In this document: positions 37,850 to 47,070 of the stretch, one piece after another | Layout of the letters: each line of letters starts with the position of its first letter | Position numbering within the stretch: position 1 is the stretch's first letter | Assembly: GCA_041499475.1 (NCBI GenBank) | Contig: JBGQKI010000009.1 | Location: forward strand, 1,392-65,391 | Length of the DNA: 64,000 bases | Reading direction: 5' to 3' | Source: Thermoplasmata archaeon | GTDB lineage: Archaea > Thermoplasmatota > DTKX01 > DATEUP01 | Notes under the pieces: model-generated | The model's database searches: none | What the model saw: only the letters and a program-made list of their open reading frames with translations | Told to the model about the DNA's origin: nothing | Translations under genes and position numbers: made by a program

Positions 37850-38451
37850 CGATAGGTCTCGCGCATTTCGCGGGCATAGATGCGGGAGATGAAACGCGCG
37901 GCGGCGCTGCCTTTCCGGACCGTGCCGTTGGGGGTCTTGATGGTGTGGATGACCGCCTTGCTGCGCTTGATGGTGAGGATCTCGCCGATCTGGAACTCTT
38001 CGTCGGGCGCGGCTTCGATGGTCTCGGCTGCGGTGGAGTGGCCGCGGTTGATGGAGACCTTTACGCGGACGCGGTTGAAGACCTTGGACCAGACCACGGG
38101 TTTTTCGCGCGCTTCGATGGCTTCGACGCGCTTGCCCTCCGTTTCGAGGGCCGTGACGACAATGCGGTCCTTGCCGACGAAGAGCTCGTCGCCGATGGCG
38201 AGCTTCTCATCGGGGTCGACCACGACGGTGGACTTGCGCGAGCCCTCGCCCTCGGACAACATCACCTGGAGGACGACGGGCTTCTCCTCCCGGATGCGGC
38301 GGGGCGCTGTGGTGCCGCACGTGCGGCACTTGAGGATGCCCTCGAGGACGACAGCCTCGCGGCTCTCCGACTCGTTGCCTTTCAGCACTTCATGCAAGGT
38401 GGTCTCGGCGCAGGTTGCGCATTCGCAGTAGACGGTCCATGGGTTTGCCAA
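37846..38451 (-). CDS. HVO_0476 family zinc-finger protein
   Basis: CATC...HEVLKG...CRTCG; IGDE; LET; SINRG; IHTIKT...A..I.RIYAR. Confidence 0.85.
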   Translation of the reverse strand: MANPWTVYCECATCAETTLHEVLKGNESESREAVVLEGILKCRTCGTTAPRRIREEKPVVLQVMLSEGEGSRKSTVVVDPDEKLAIGDELFVGKDRIVVTALETEGKRVEAIEAREKPVVWSKVFNRVRVKVSINRGHSTAAETIEAAPDEEFQIGEILTIKRSKAVIHTIKTPNGTVRKGSAAARFISRIYAREMRETYR

Positions 38452-38465
38452 TGTCCCTCCTCCAT

Positions 38466-38966
38466 TCACTGCGGCGTCGGTTGGGGGCGGTAGTCCGTGG
38501 GGCAGCCGATGGACAAGCTGTCGATGAGGAGCCTTGGGACGCCACCGACAACTTGGACGACCCCCTCGGCGAGGACTTTCTTGCCCTCCCCGAAGTTGGC
38601 GTCCTGGCCGCGCGAATAGACCGCGCGTATGGCCACCGACTCATCCCCGTAGTCCGTGAGGTTGAAAGCCAGTGCGCTCCCCACGCTCACAGACCCGGGC
38701 TGAACGCCGCCGACGACCGCGACGGACTTGCCGTCGAAGGCCGTGGGCGCCGTAGTGATCTGCTTCACGTCGGTGTACTTGGGGCCAGAGGCGCCGGTGG
38801 GGACAAACACGGTGATTAGGATGATCGCTGCGACGATAGCGACGACAAGCGAGAACTTTGCCCGGGGGGCAGAGAAGGCGCCGGCGGAGGGGGCGCGCGG
38901 GAGGGCGTCGGAGGCCTGGACGGCCGAGGCCGCCTCCGCGTGCGCCGTCTCAACGCTTCTCTCCAT
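38466..38966 (-). CDS. ccmE: Cytochrome c maturation heme chaperone CcmE (CxxxY variant)
   Basis: N-terminal TM; VVGGVQPGS, FNLTD, FGEGKKVLAEG; CPTDY motif. Confidence 0.88.
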   Translation of the reverse strand: MERSVETAHAEAASAVQASDALPRAPSAGAFSAPRAKFSLVVAIVAAIILITVFVPTGASGPKYTDVKQITTAPTAFDGKSVAVVGGVQPGSVSVGSALAFNLTDYGDESVAIRAVYSRGQDANFGEGKKVLAEGVVQVVGGVPRLLIDSLSIGCPTDYRPQPTPQ

Positions 38967-39591
38967 CGGCGCGGTCCCCCGCGGAGTCCTCGTGGTGCGC
39001 GTGCTCCAAAGCGTCGGCTCTGGCGCGCAGTTTCCGCTGTGTCGAATGCAGGTGCAGTGTGTATAAAAACACTAGCCCCCACAGGCATGCGGATGCAAGG
39101 GCGAGCGCAAGCAGGCCGCCGTCGGGCGGAGGTGTCTTGTAGCGCAAGTCGACAGAGAATGATGTGGAGTCGATGAGAGAGCCGTTCGAGGAGCGCAGCT
39201 CGACGGCGAACGGCGTGTTGGTGGTGGTGAACTTGAGCACATCGGGCCCGACCTTCACGTCGATTGTCGTAAGGGCGGCGCCCTGCGGCCCGGGGCCGGT
39301 GGCGTTGAAACGCGCCTCGACGATCGGGTCCCCGGGGCTCACGACGACCTCCAACCGGTAGTCGCGCGTGGCGGTCGTGTTCGACCCGGACAGGGTGAAG
39401 TGGTAGGTGTAGCCCTCGGAGCCGAGGATGACCTCGGGGACGATGACGGTTGCGTCGACCGCGTTGGGGTCGTCGGAAAGGTGGGCGGTGCGGGCGTTGC
39501 CAACGCCGGTAACGTAGCCGCCGAAGGCCGGGCCCGGCGCAAAGAGCAAGGCGACCACGGCGAAAGCGAGGAGGGGGCAAAGCCGTTTCAA
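38950..39591 (-). CDS. CcmD-like protein with N-terminal signal peptide and extracellular beta domain
   Basis: Lies between ccmC and ccmE; TTG overlaps the ccmC stop; C-terminal LWGLVFLYTLHLHSTQRKLRARADAL resembles CcmD. Confidence 0.6.
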   Translation of the reverse strand: MKRLCPLLAFAVVALLFAPGPAFGGYVTGVGNARTAHLSDDPNAVDATVIVPEVILGSEGYTYHFTLSGSNTTATRDYRLEVVVSPGDPIVEARFNATGPGPQGAALTTIDVKVGPDVLKFTTTNTPFAVELRSSNGSLIDSTSFSVDLRYKTPPPDGGLLALALASACLWGLVFLYTLHLHSTQRKLRARADALEHAHHEDSAGDRADGEKR

Positions 39592-40322
39592 GTGTCGGCC
39601 CTCCGTTGAGCGGCGGCAAGGCGCTGGAGGAGCGCGCTGAGTTCGAGGCGCCATGCCAGGAATGCGAGGAAGAGCAGCAGGTAAGCGGTGAGCGAGAGGA
39701 CGACGAGCATCGCGCCTTGGCCGCCGATCCCCTGGCCGCCCGGCGAGATCACGGTCGGGTGCAGCGTCCGCCAGATGAAAATCGAGAGGTACGAAAAGGG
39801 AACGAGGGCAAAGCCCGCGACCGCGTAGAGGGCCGCACTTCGGGCGCGCCCCTCGCCTTGCGGGAGGCGCGCGCGCAGTCCGAAGTAGCCGATGTAGACG
39901 AGGAAGAGGACGAGGTAGGTGATGAGGCGCTCGTCTTCGAGGCGCCAAGGCACGCCCCATTCGGCCCAGGCCCACAGGGAACCGGCCGAAATGGTGATGG
40001 CGGCAAGGAGCAAGCCGAGCCGCGCGCTTTCCTCCGCGATGCTATCGGCAAGGGCAGAACCACGGCGCGCGACGGCGAGGGAGGCCACGAAGGTAACGGA
40101 AAACGCGGCATACGATGCGATGGCCGCGCCGATGTGGAGGTAGAAGATCCGTTGGGCAACGGGCGCCGAGAAACCGAGCGAGAGGCTAGGCGCCCAAAGG
40201 AGCGCGAGAAGCACGAGAACGAGGAGCGCGACGGCGCCGGCGACAAACAGCGGAAAACGGAGCGACACGAAGCGCTCCATCCGCGTTTTCGGGGCGAGCG
40301 GTCGGCTGGCGTAGGGGGCCAT
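39588..40322 (-). CDS. ccmC: Cytochrome c biogenesis heme exporter CcmC
   Basis: IFYLH His; GSLWAWAEWGVPWRLEDERL WWD domain; WRTLHP His. Confidence 0.92.
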   Translation of the reverse strand: MAPYASRPLAPKTRMERFVSLRFPLFVAGAVALLVLVLLALLWAPSLSLGFSAPVAQRIFYLHIGAAIASYAAFSVTFVASLAVARRGSALADSIAEESARLGLLLAAITISAGSLWAWAEWGVPWRLEDERLITYLVLFLVYIGYFGLRARLPQGEGRARSAALYAVAGFALVPFSYLSIFIWRTLHPTVISPGGQGIGGQGAMLVVLSLTAYLLLFLAFLAWRLELSALLQRLAAAQRRADT

Positions 40323-40362
40323 CGTGCGCGCACCGGCGACGCGCTAGAAGAACGTTGGCGGT

Positions 40363-41037
40363 CTAGGTGTCCAGCGCGCGCGGCGCGAGGAAAAAGTAGA
40401 GGGAAAGGAAGAGCGCGTCATAGACGGCAAGGTAGGCAAGGTCTAGCCAAACCAGGGGAGCATCGGCCGGCGCGCCCTCGGCGGCCGCCGCCGTGCCGCG
40501 CGCCGCCCAAAGCATCAGCGGGATGAGCAGGGGAATCACGAGCACGGGGAAGAGCGCGGCGCGCGCCCGCGAGCGGGCCGAGAGGGCCGAGAAGAACGCG
40601 GTTTGTGCAGCGAGCCCGAGCGCCCCCAACACGAGGAATGCGGCGAGGGGCGCCGGGCTTTGCACAAACGCCGTGCCGAAGAACAGGAGGGCAACGACAA
40701 GCGCGATCGCGGCCCCGGCAAGGGCGACCACGAAAGAAGCGAGCGCCTTGCCAAGGTAGAGCGCAGAGGCGCTCGCAGGACTTGCAAGGAGCAGGTCGAG
40801 CGTCCCGTGGTCGGCTTCGGCGTGGAACGAGCGGGCAAGGGCGGCCGTCGCCGAAAAGACGAGCGTCACCCAAACGGCGGTGCTGACGAGGCCGGGGTGC
40901 CCCTCGGCGGCGACGCGGAAGAGAAGCATGATGAGGACGGCGACGAGGCCCATGAGCGCAAGCTCGTCGCGGGTCCGGCCTTCGAGGGCGAGGTCCTTGC
41001 GGGCAACGACCAGCGCGGCGCTACGGGGCAGGGGCAT
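40363..41037 (-). CDS. ccmB: Heme exporter permease CcmB
   Basis: RKDLALEGR, RSFHAEADHGTLDLL, LYLGK, LFPVLVIPL. Confidence 0.9.
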   Translation of the reverse strand: MPLPRSAALVVARKDLALEGRTRDELALMGLVAVLIMLLFRVAAEGHPGLVSTAVWVTLVFSATAALARSFHAEADHGTLDLLLASPASASALYLGKALASFVVALAGAAIALVVALLFFGTAFVQSPAPLAAFLVLGALGLAAQTAFFSALSARSRARAALFPVLVIPLLIPLMLWAARGTAAAAEGAPADAPLVWLDLAYLAVYDALFLSLYFFLAPRALDT

Positions 41038-41767
41038 CCCCCCCGAGTGCGCGCAGCTCCCTCGAAAGGCCGGCCAGGTCAAGTTCGCCGCCGGCGACGA
41101 CCTTGATGAGCACGCCTCGGTCAAGCAGCGCGGCGCGGTCGCACGAGGCAAGCCCAAGGTCGACGTGCTGGGTGACGAGCAGCGTGGCTCGCTCGGCACG
41201 GCCCTTTTCGTCGCGCAGGCGGTGGACGAGCGCCTCTTGACCGCGCGGGTCGAGGCCTTCGAAGGGCTCGTCGAGGAGCAGGACGCTCGGCGCGTGCAGG
41301 AAAGCGCGTGCAAGCGAGAGGCGCTGCTGCATACCGCGGGAGAGCTCCGCGACGGGGTCGGCAGCCCGGTGGGCAAGGCCGGAGTCGCCAAGCGCGGCTG
41401 CGGCGGCCCTCACGGCATCGTCGGGCGAAAGGCCCCACAGCTGCCCGAAGAATTCGAGGTTCTCGGACGCCGTGAGTCCGTCGTAGAGCATGGGGCGGTC
41501 GGCGACCCAGCCGACCTTGCGCTTCGCTTGCATGGGGGAGTGGGCAAGGTCGGTGCCGTCGATGAGCACGCGGCCGCTGGTCGCCCGCGAGAGGCCGGCC
41601 GCGATGCGAAGGAGCGTCGTTTTGCCTGCGCCGTTGGGGCCAAAGAGCGCAACGACTTCGCCGGGGTGCACGCGCAGCGAGACCGTCGACAAGGCGGGAA
41701 GCGAACCGAACGACTTGGAAACCTCGAAGAGCGTGAGGCCTTCCGCCCCGCTCGACTGCGTCGTGAC
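41021..41767 (-). CDS. ccmA: Heme ABC exporter ATP-binding CcmA (apparent non-canonical start at 41767 or 41764)
   Basis: GPNGAGKTT, LSRGMQQR, LLLDEP; conserved N-terminal LTLFEVSKSFG lies upstream of the first TTG (41692). Confidence 0.88.
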   Translation of the reverse strand, partial: VTTQSSGAEGLTLFEVSKSFGSLPALSTVSLRVHPGEVVALFGPNGAGKTTLLRIAAGLSRATSGRVLIDGTDLAHSPMQAKRKVGWVADRPMLYDGLTASENLEFFGQLWGLSPDDAVRAAAAALGDSGLAHRAADPVAELSRGMQQRLSLARAFLHAPSVLLLDEPFEGLDPRGQEALVHRLRDEKGRAERATLLVTQHVDLGLASCDRAALLDRGVLIKVVAGGELDLAGLSRELRALGGDAPAP

Positions 41768-41800
41768 GGGGCCTCCGGCCCGGAAAGGGGTCGCCCGGCC

Positions 41801-41841
41801 TAAAAAAGGGAGCCGGCCCGCGGCGAGCGCCGCGGGCGGCT
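41801..41841 (-). terminator. Hairpin + T-tract terminator after the SRPBCC gene
   Basis: CCCGCGGC/GCCGCGGG stem with a 4-nt loop, extended by AGCCG/CGGCT, followed by CCCTTTTTT on the minus strand. Confidence 0.65.
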
Positions 41842-41855
41842 GAAGGTGCGCGAAC

Positions 41856-42284
41856 TCACTTGTAGCGGCGCAGGTTGGCCTGGTCCTCGTTGAACATCAT
41901 GGCGAGGTAGTCGAGGATGGCCTTCTTGGTGGTCGAGTCGTCCATGCCCTGGATCTTGAAGTCGCCGGCGACATTGACTTTGGTCTTGGCGCCGTTGGGC
42001 GTGTAGCTGTTGGTGAACTTCGTGCCGGCCATGGGGCCGTTGAGGACCTCCCAGTCGAACCCCTTGGGAGCGTGCATCGTCATCTTGACCTTCTCCTTAC
42101 GGGTCGACTTGCCGTCGGGGTTGACGACTTCCATCTCGAGTACCTGGTAGTTAGGCTTGTTCTCGAGGACTTTCTGGCCCTTGACCGTGCTGTGGGCGTG
42201 CGTTTGCGGGTTGTCGTCGCCAAGGTACTTCCATATCTTGTCGATCGGCGCGTCGAATTCTCCATCGTCGGTTACGTGAACCAT
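41856..42284 (-). CDS. SRPBCC/START-fold protein
   Basis: FDAPIDKIWKYL N-terminus; GPMAG; C-terminal helix. Confidence 0.8.
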   Translation of the reverse strand: MVHVTDDGEFDAPIDKIWKYLGDDNPQTHAHSTVKGQKVLENKPNYQVLEMEVVNPDGKSTRKEKVKMTMHAPKGFDWEVLNGPMAGTKFTNSYTPNGAKTKVNVAGDFKIQGMDDSTTKKAILDYLAMMFNEDQANLRRYK

Positions 42285-42439
42285 GTTACCACTCTAGCTC
42301 CTTGCCATGGCCTCGCGGCATTTCAACCCATGCCGGAAGGATTGACCCTTGGGGGAGCGCGCTCGCGGGCAAAGTCGGCAGGGCGAGGGCTTGCGTTCTT
42401 CATCGAGGGAAAGCGTTTGGCGCGAGGGGGCGTGCGCGC

Positions 42440-43294
42440 GTGGCGGCGGGGGCGGAGTTGCTCTTCGAGTACCGGCCGGCGCGCTTTGGGCCGATGACGG
42501 TGGCCCTGCTTTTCATCCTGGCGCTTGCCACTCCGATCGCGGCCGTGGACCGCGCGTTCGCGGGCCGGCTCGACCAGGCCGCAGTTGCGCTCCTGCCGCT
42601 CGCGCTTATCGCCCTCTTCGGGGTGCTCACCACGCCGTCCCCGTTGCGGATCGAGGCGGATGCGATTCAGGTCTCGCGCTCGCGGATTGCGCGGATGCTC
42701 GGCGCGCGCGAGCGGTTCCCGCTTGGAGAGGTCGTGAATATCTACCCGAGCTTCTACGAGGACGCGGGGATGCGGTTCTCGCCTTTTGCATCAGCGGAGG
42801 GGACGGCGAGGCACGCGGGCCTGCGCATCGAATTGCAACGCGGCGAGCGTGTGGTCATCCCGTTTACCCCGACGGTGCTGAACTTGCGCAAGCACGGGAC
42901 GGAGCCCTACCACGCCGCGCTCGATGCCGTCCGCGAGGTCTGCAGGCGCGCGGGCCGGCCCCTCGTGCAGCAGCCCCCGGCGCTCAACCAAAAGGAAATC
43001 GACGAGATCCTCGTCGGAACATCGAAGCCGCTCCTTGCGTTCCCGCTCACCGTTGCAGGCATTTTCGCCCCTGCGCTCTTGATCCCCGGGATGGCGCTCC
43101 TATGGGGACGGCTGGCCGGAGCCCTTTCGCCGGAGGCGACGGTAGCGGTCGTGTTGGTGGGGCTTGCGCCGCTGGTTGCCGTTTTCGCGTTGGTGAACCT
43201 GAGGAGCGGGAGGCGCGCAGAGCTCCTGCATGAAGTGCAGAAATTCCGCCAGCACCGCCAGGAAGCCGCGGCGCGAGGCGCGCCCCAAGCCTGA
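42440..43294 (+). CDS. Hypothetical membrane protein (2 TM - soluble PH-like region - 2 TM)
   Basis: GTG at 42440; hydrophobic pairs flank a beta-rich segment. Confidence 0.65.
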   Translation: MAAGAELLFEYRPARFGPMTVALLFILALATPIAAVDRAFAGRLDQAAVALLPLALIALFGVLTTPSPLRIEADAIQVSRSRIARMLGARERFPLGEVVNIYPSFYEDAGMRFSPFASAEGTARHAGLRIELQRGERVVIPFTPTVLNLRKHGTEPYHAALDAVREVCRRAGRPLVQQPPALNQKEIDEILVGTSKPLLAFPLTVAGIFAPALLIPGMALLWGRLAGALSPEATVAVVLVGLAPLVAVFALVNLRSGRRAELLHEVQKFRQHRQEAAARGAPQA

Positions 43295-43355
43295 CGGCCC
43301 CTGGCCGGGGCCTTCCCGCAAGGGTTTTGTGGCGGGCCGCGCGATAGGGAAAGGA

Positions 43356-43760
43356 GTGTCGACCTACCTCCTTGCCTATGACGATTCGGACAGCGCCAGG
43401 AAAGCGCTCCAGCGCACGATCGAACTCGTGTCGCCGCGGGACCTCATCGTCCTCGTTTGGGTCGTGCCGGAGGAGGAGAGCTTCACACGCTTTGGCGATG
43501 ACGGCACGCGGTCGGCGGCCGACCGCCTCGAACGGCTGAACGCGGCCGCGGCGCTGGTGCGGCGCTCGTCGAGGCAGGCCGCGGCGCTGATGCTCAAGGG
43601 CGACATCGCGAGGGAAATCGTCGACACCGCGGAGAAGCTAGACGCAGACCTCGTGATCCTCGGCCACAAGGGAGTCTCGAAGATCGGGCCGTTCGCGCTG
43701 GGGTCCGTGGCCGAGCGCGTAGCCGACCTTTCGAACCGCAAGGTCATGATCGTGAAGTAG
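43356..43760 (+). CDS. Universal stress protein (USP)
   Basis: LLAYDDSDSA; DLVILGHKG; LGSVAERV. Confidence 0.92.
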   Translation: MSTYLLAYDDSDSARKALQRTIELVSPRDLIVLVWVVPEEESFTRFGDDGTRSAADRLERLNAAAALVRRSSRQAAALMLKGDIAREIVDTAEKLDADLVILGHKGVSKIGPFALGSVAERVADLSNRKVMIVK

Positions 43761-43840
43761 AGGCGCGCGGCCAACGGGCGCAGGACGCTTCAATCTTTGT
43801 GCCAATGGCCGTATGTACTACGGGGTCCGGATGGTGCGCC

Positions 43841-44125
43841 ATGGCATGGACACTTGAAGTGGTTTTCGCCCTCGTCACGGCCCTGTTCGTGGCGGGACCG
43901 GCGTTTGTACTTTGGAAGGCGTATGCGCGCACGCGGACGCGGCGGGTGCTGTTTGCGGCAATCGGCTTCACGGTTTTCCTTCTCACCGAAATTATCGTGC
44001 TGATCGACCAGCTCGGGTTCACGCCAAACATTAACGAGACGGAGATTGTGGAATTCGTGGGGGACATCTTCGCAGCGGGGTTCTTCGCAGCGGCGTTCCT
44101 GCTCCCGGCAGCCGGTGATCCATGA
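43841..44125 (+). CDS. Small 3-TM membrane protein coupled to a wHTH regulator
   Basis: AYARTRTRRVLFAAIGF motif; ATGA overlap with the next gene. Confidence 0.7.
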   Translation: MAWTLEVVFALVTALFVAGPAFVLWKAYARTRTRRVLFAAIGFTVFLLTEIIVLIDQLGFTPNINETEIVEFVGDIFAAGFFAAAFLLPAAGDP

Positions 44126-44697
44126 CCTCGCGGCGGACGCCGCGCCAAGAGATCCTGCGCGCGATCGAGGAGCACCCCGGCTCGCACTTGCGGGCGCTCG
44201 AGCGGATTCTGCCGTTTTCGCTCGGGGCGCTGCGGCACCACCTGCGGAGGCTCGAAGAGGCGGGGCTGATCCGAGTGGAATACGACCTGCGCTTCAAGCG
44301 CTATTACCCGCAGGCGATGACGCAGGAGCTGCGCGAGGCCTGCGCGGCGCTCCGCCAGCGCCAGATGCGCCGCATCATGGTCTTGCTCCTTTCGAGGCCC
44401 GGGATGTCGACGAGGGAGATCTCCTCGACACTTGGAATCGGGCGCTCGACGCTCGGCGGCTACCTGTTGCGCCTGAAGCAGAAGGGGGCGGTCCTGAAGC
44501 AGCAGGACGAACTCGGCGGGTGGATCCTTGCAAGCCCGAAGACCGTGGAAGCGGCGCTCATCGCCTACCGGCCGAGCTTCTTGGACCGCGTCGTGGACGG
44601 CGCGCTGCAGGTCTTCGAGGAAGTGGACCCGGCGGCCCCGGCGGCGGAGCCCGGGGCGGGACCTGCACCGCCCGCGGTGGACCGGGCAGAAGAGTGA
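44122..44697 (+). CDS. Double winged-HTH transcriptional regulator (HVO_0163/ArsR-like)
   Basis: RQEIL..I...PG.HLR.L......GAL.HHL..LE and a second HTH PGMSTREIS..LG. Confidence 0.85.
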   Translation: MTSRRTPRQEILRAIEEHPGSHLRALERILPFSLGALRHHLRRLEEAGLIRVEYDLRFKRYYPQAMTQELREACAALRQRQMRRIMVLLLSRPGMSTREISSTLGIGRSTLGGYLLRLKQKGAVLKQQDELGGWILASPKTVEAALIAYRPSFLDRVVDGALQVFEEVDPAAPAAEPGAGPAPPAVDRAEE

Positions 44698-44815
44698 AGG
44701 GCAAGGGCGGTTGACCTTGGGCCCGGACGCCATCGGGCGGCTCGCCCGCCGGCGAGGCTGAAGCGCGCGCAACTCCCTTATACGCCCCGGCCCATCGCAC
44801 CGTAAGGCGCCCAAG

Positions 44816-45070
44816 ATGCACTTCCTCACGACCCTTCGGTTCTTGCCTGGCCACTACGAGCAGGCGGTGCGCTCCTACAAGAACCCCAAGGTCCCGCACG
44901 GCGTGAAGGTGCGCGAATTCCTGGGCGTGTTCGGTGACTCAGACGCGCTTGTGATCTTCGAGGCGCCCGACGAGGGCACCGCGGCCGAGTTCGTCGTGCA
45001 GTTCTCCGAGCACTCGCACACCTCGACCAGCGTGGTTTTCCCGGTCGAGAGCTACAAGTGGACAAGGTAG
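44816..45070 (+). CDS. GYD-like / Lrp ligand-binding-fold small protein
   Basis: FGDSDALVIFEAPDE motif; 84 aa; TTATAC upstream. Confidence 0.75.
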   Translation: MHFLTTLRFLPGHYEQAVRSYKNPKVPHGVKVREFLGVFGDSDALVIFEAPDEGTAAEFVVQFSEHSHTSTSVVFPVESYKWTR

Positions 45071-45122
45071 CGCCCAGACGCGAGCCTTTTTGGCCACCGC
45101 GGTCGTTCAACGGGCGGTTAGC

Positions 45123-46145
45123 GTGGGCGTCGACCTCTCGGACATCCTGGTGCACCACGCAAGGGAGCTTGCCGACTTCAAAGGCAAGGTCGTGGCCGTC
45201 GACGCCTTCAACACGCTCTACCAGTTCCTCGCGACGATCCGCGGGCCCGACGGGACGCCGCTCAAGGATTTCCAAGGCCGGACCACATCGCACCTGTCCG
45301 GGATCCTCTACCGCAACTCGAACTTCATCGAAGCGGGCATCCGACCGGTTTACGTCTTTGACGGCGAGCCGCCGGCGCTGAAGAGGCGGACGATCGAGGA
45401 GCGGCGCGCGCGCCGGGAGCAGGCGGAGCGCGACTACAAGGACGCGCTCGCCCGCGGCGACCTCGAGACGGCGCGCAGCAAAGCTCAGCAAACGGCGCGC
45501 CTCGACCAAGTGATGATCGAGGAGGCGAAGGAAGCATTGCATGCGATGGGCATCCCGGTCGTGCAGGCGCCCTCCGAGGGAGAAGCGCAGGCGTCGGCGC
45601 TGGTGAGGGATGGCGCGGCCAACGCCGTGGGGTCGCAGGACTTCGACTGCCTGCTCTTCGGGGCCCCGACCTTGGCGCGCAACCTCGCGGTGTCCGGGCG
45701 GCGCAAACTGCCGGGCCGCGACGCCTTCGTCACGGTGGTTCCGGAAGTCTTTGACCTGGAGGAGAACCTCGCGGCCCTCGGGATCACGCGCGGGCAGCTC
45801 ATCGATGTGGGACTGCTGGTGGGGACCGATTTCAACGAGGGTGTCAAAGGCTACGGCCCGAAGAAGGCGCTCAAGCTCGTCAAGGAGCACCACCGGTTGG
45901 AGGAGGCGTGCGCAGCAAAGGGGATCGAAGTGCCCCCGTACGCCGCGGAGATCCGCGCGTTTTTCGAAAAGCCGCCGACGGTCAAGGTGGAGGGCCTTGT
46001 GTGGAACGCACCCGACTACGCGCGGCTGACCGACCTCTTCGTGGAGAAGCACCAGTTCAGCCGCCAGCGGGTCGAGGCAGCCCTCGACAAGATTGCGGCG
46101 GCCGCCTCGCAGGGCAAGCAGCGGAACCTCGACGCGTTTTTCTAG
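45123..46145 (+). CDS. fen: Flap endonuclease 1
   Basis: GVDL, DAFNTLYQFL, TSHLSG, APSEGEAQ, SQDFD, GTDFN; PIP box QRNLDAFF. Confidence 0.97.
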   Translation: MGVDLSDILVHHARELADFKGKVVAVDAFNTLYQFLATIRGPDGTPLKDFQGRTTSHLSGILYRNSNFIEAGIRPVYVFDGEPPALKRRTIEERRARREQAERDYKDALARGDLETARSKAQQTARLDQVMIEEAKEALHAMGIPVVQAPSEGEAQASALVRDGAANAVGSQDFDCLLFGAPTLARNLAVSGRRKLPGRDAFVTVVPEVFDLEENLAALGITRGQLIDVGLLVGTDFNEGVKGYGPKKALKLVKEHHRLEEACAAKGIEVPPYAAEIRAFFEKPPTVKVEGLVWNAPDYARLTDLFVEKHQFSRQRVEAALDKIAAAASQGKQRNLDAFF

Positions 46146-46167
46146 GTCGAAGCGGCCTTCACCTGCC

Positions 46168-47064
46168 GTGGGCAGCGCAAAGGACTGGGCGCTCGTCGTG
46201 CGCCCGCCGATCGTCATCATCTCGGTGGCCGGCGCAAGCGTAGGCTTCTTGAATGCGACGGTTGGCGAAGGGCAACTGCTGCCGGTCGTCGGGTGTGTCA
46301 TCAACGCGCTTGCGGCCGCCCTGCTTGCCGCGGGCCTCATGGTTCACAACGACTACTATGACCTCGCCTCGGACAAAGTCAACCGCCCGCACAAGGTGCT
46401 GGCGCAAGGGCGGATCAAGGAGAAGACGGCGCGCGATGTGGGCTTCGCGCTGATGGTGATCGGCGTTGTGGTCTCGTTTGCAGGGCACCCGAAGGCGACG
46501 CTCGCGGAATCGGTCAACGTGGTGGCAGGCCTGATCGGCCTGACCGTGCTTGGCGACGGGCTCCTTTACAACACGATCGGCAAGAAGCACGGCATCGGCG
46601 GGCACGTCGAGGTGGCGTACGGGGTCGCGCTGATCCCCGTGTTTGGCGCGGCGGGCGCCGGCAACGCAATGCTCGTGCTCCCGCTCGGCCTCGGGCTTTT
46701 CGTCATGGAGATTGGGCGTGAGATCATGGTCGCTGGGGGCGACATCGAGGGGGACCGCAAGGCCGGGTGGGTTACCCTGCCGGTGAAGGTCGGGATGCGC
46801 AAGGCGCTGATCGCGGCGCTCGTGTTTTACCTGGCGTCGCTGCCGCTCTTCCTTTTGCCGGTGATTGCTCCGGGGCTCGTTGCCTGGCGGCCTTCGCTGC
46901 TCTACATCGCAGGTTCGACAGCGTTCGTGGCGGGTCTTGTGGCGCTTTGGGTCCCGTGTTGGAGGAGGCCGGAGTTCGCGACCTTCGAGCGCTTCACCCG
47001 CACGGGGTCGCGCCTGCTCGTCTTCGCCTTTGAACTGCTGCTGATCGGAGAAGCGTTCGTGTAG
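46168..47064 (+). CDS. UbiA prenyltransferase, DGGGP synthase-like
   Basis: NDYYDLASDKVNRP and REIM...DIEGD Asp-rich motifs; about 8 TM. Confidence 0.85.
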   Translation: MGSAKDWALVVRPPIVIISVAGASVGFLNATVGEGQLLPVVGCVINALAAALLAAGLMVHNDYYDLASDKVNRPHKVLAQGRIKEKTARDVGFALMVIGVVVSFAGHPKATLAESVNVVAGLIGLTVLGDGLLYNTIGKKHGIGGHVEVAYGVALIPVFGAAGAGNAMLVLPLGLGLFVMEIGREIMVAGGDIEGDRKAGWVTLPVKVGMRKALIAALVFYLASLPLFLLPVIAPGLVAWRPSLLYIAGSTAFVAGLVALWVPCWRRPEFATFERFTRTGSRLLVFAFELLLIGEAFV

Positions 47065-47070
47065 GCGCGC

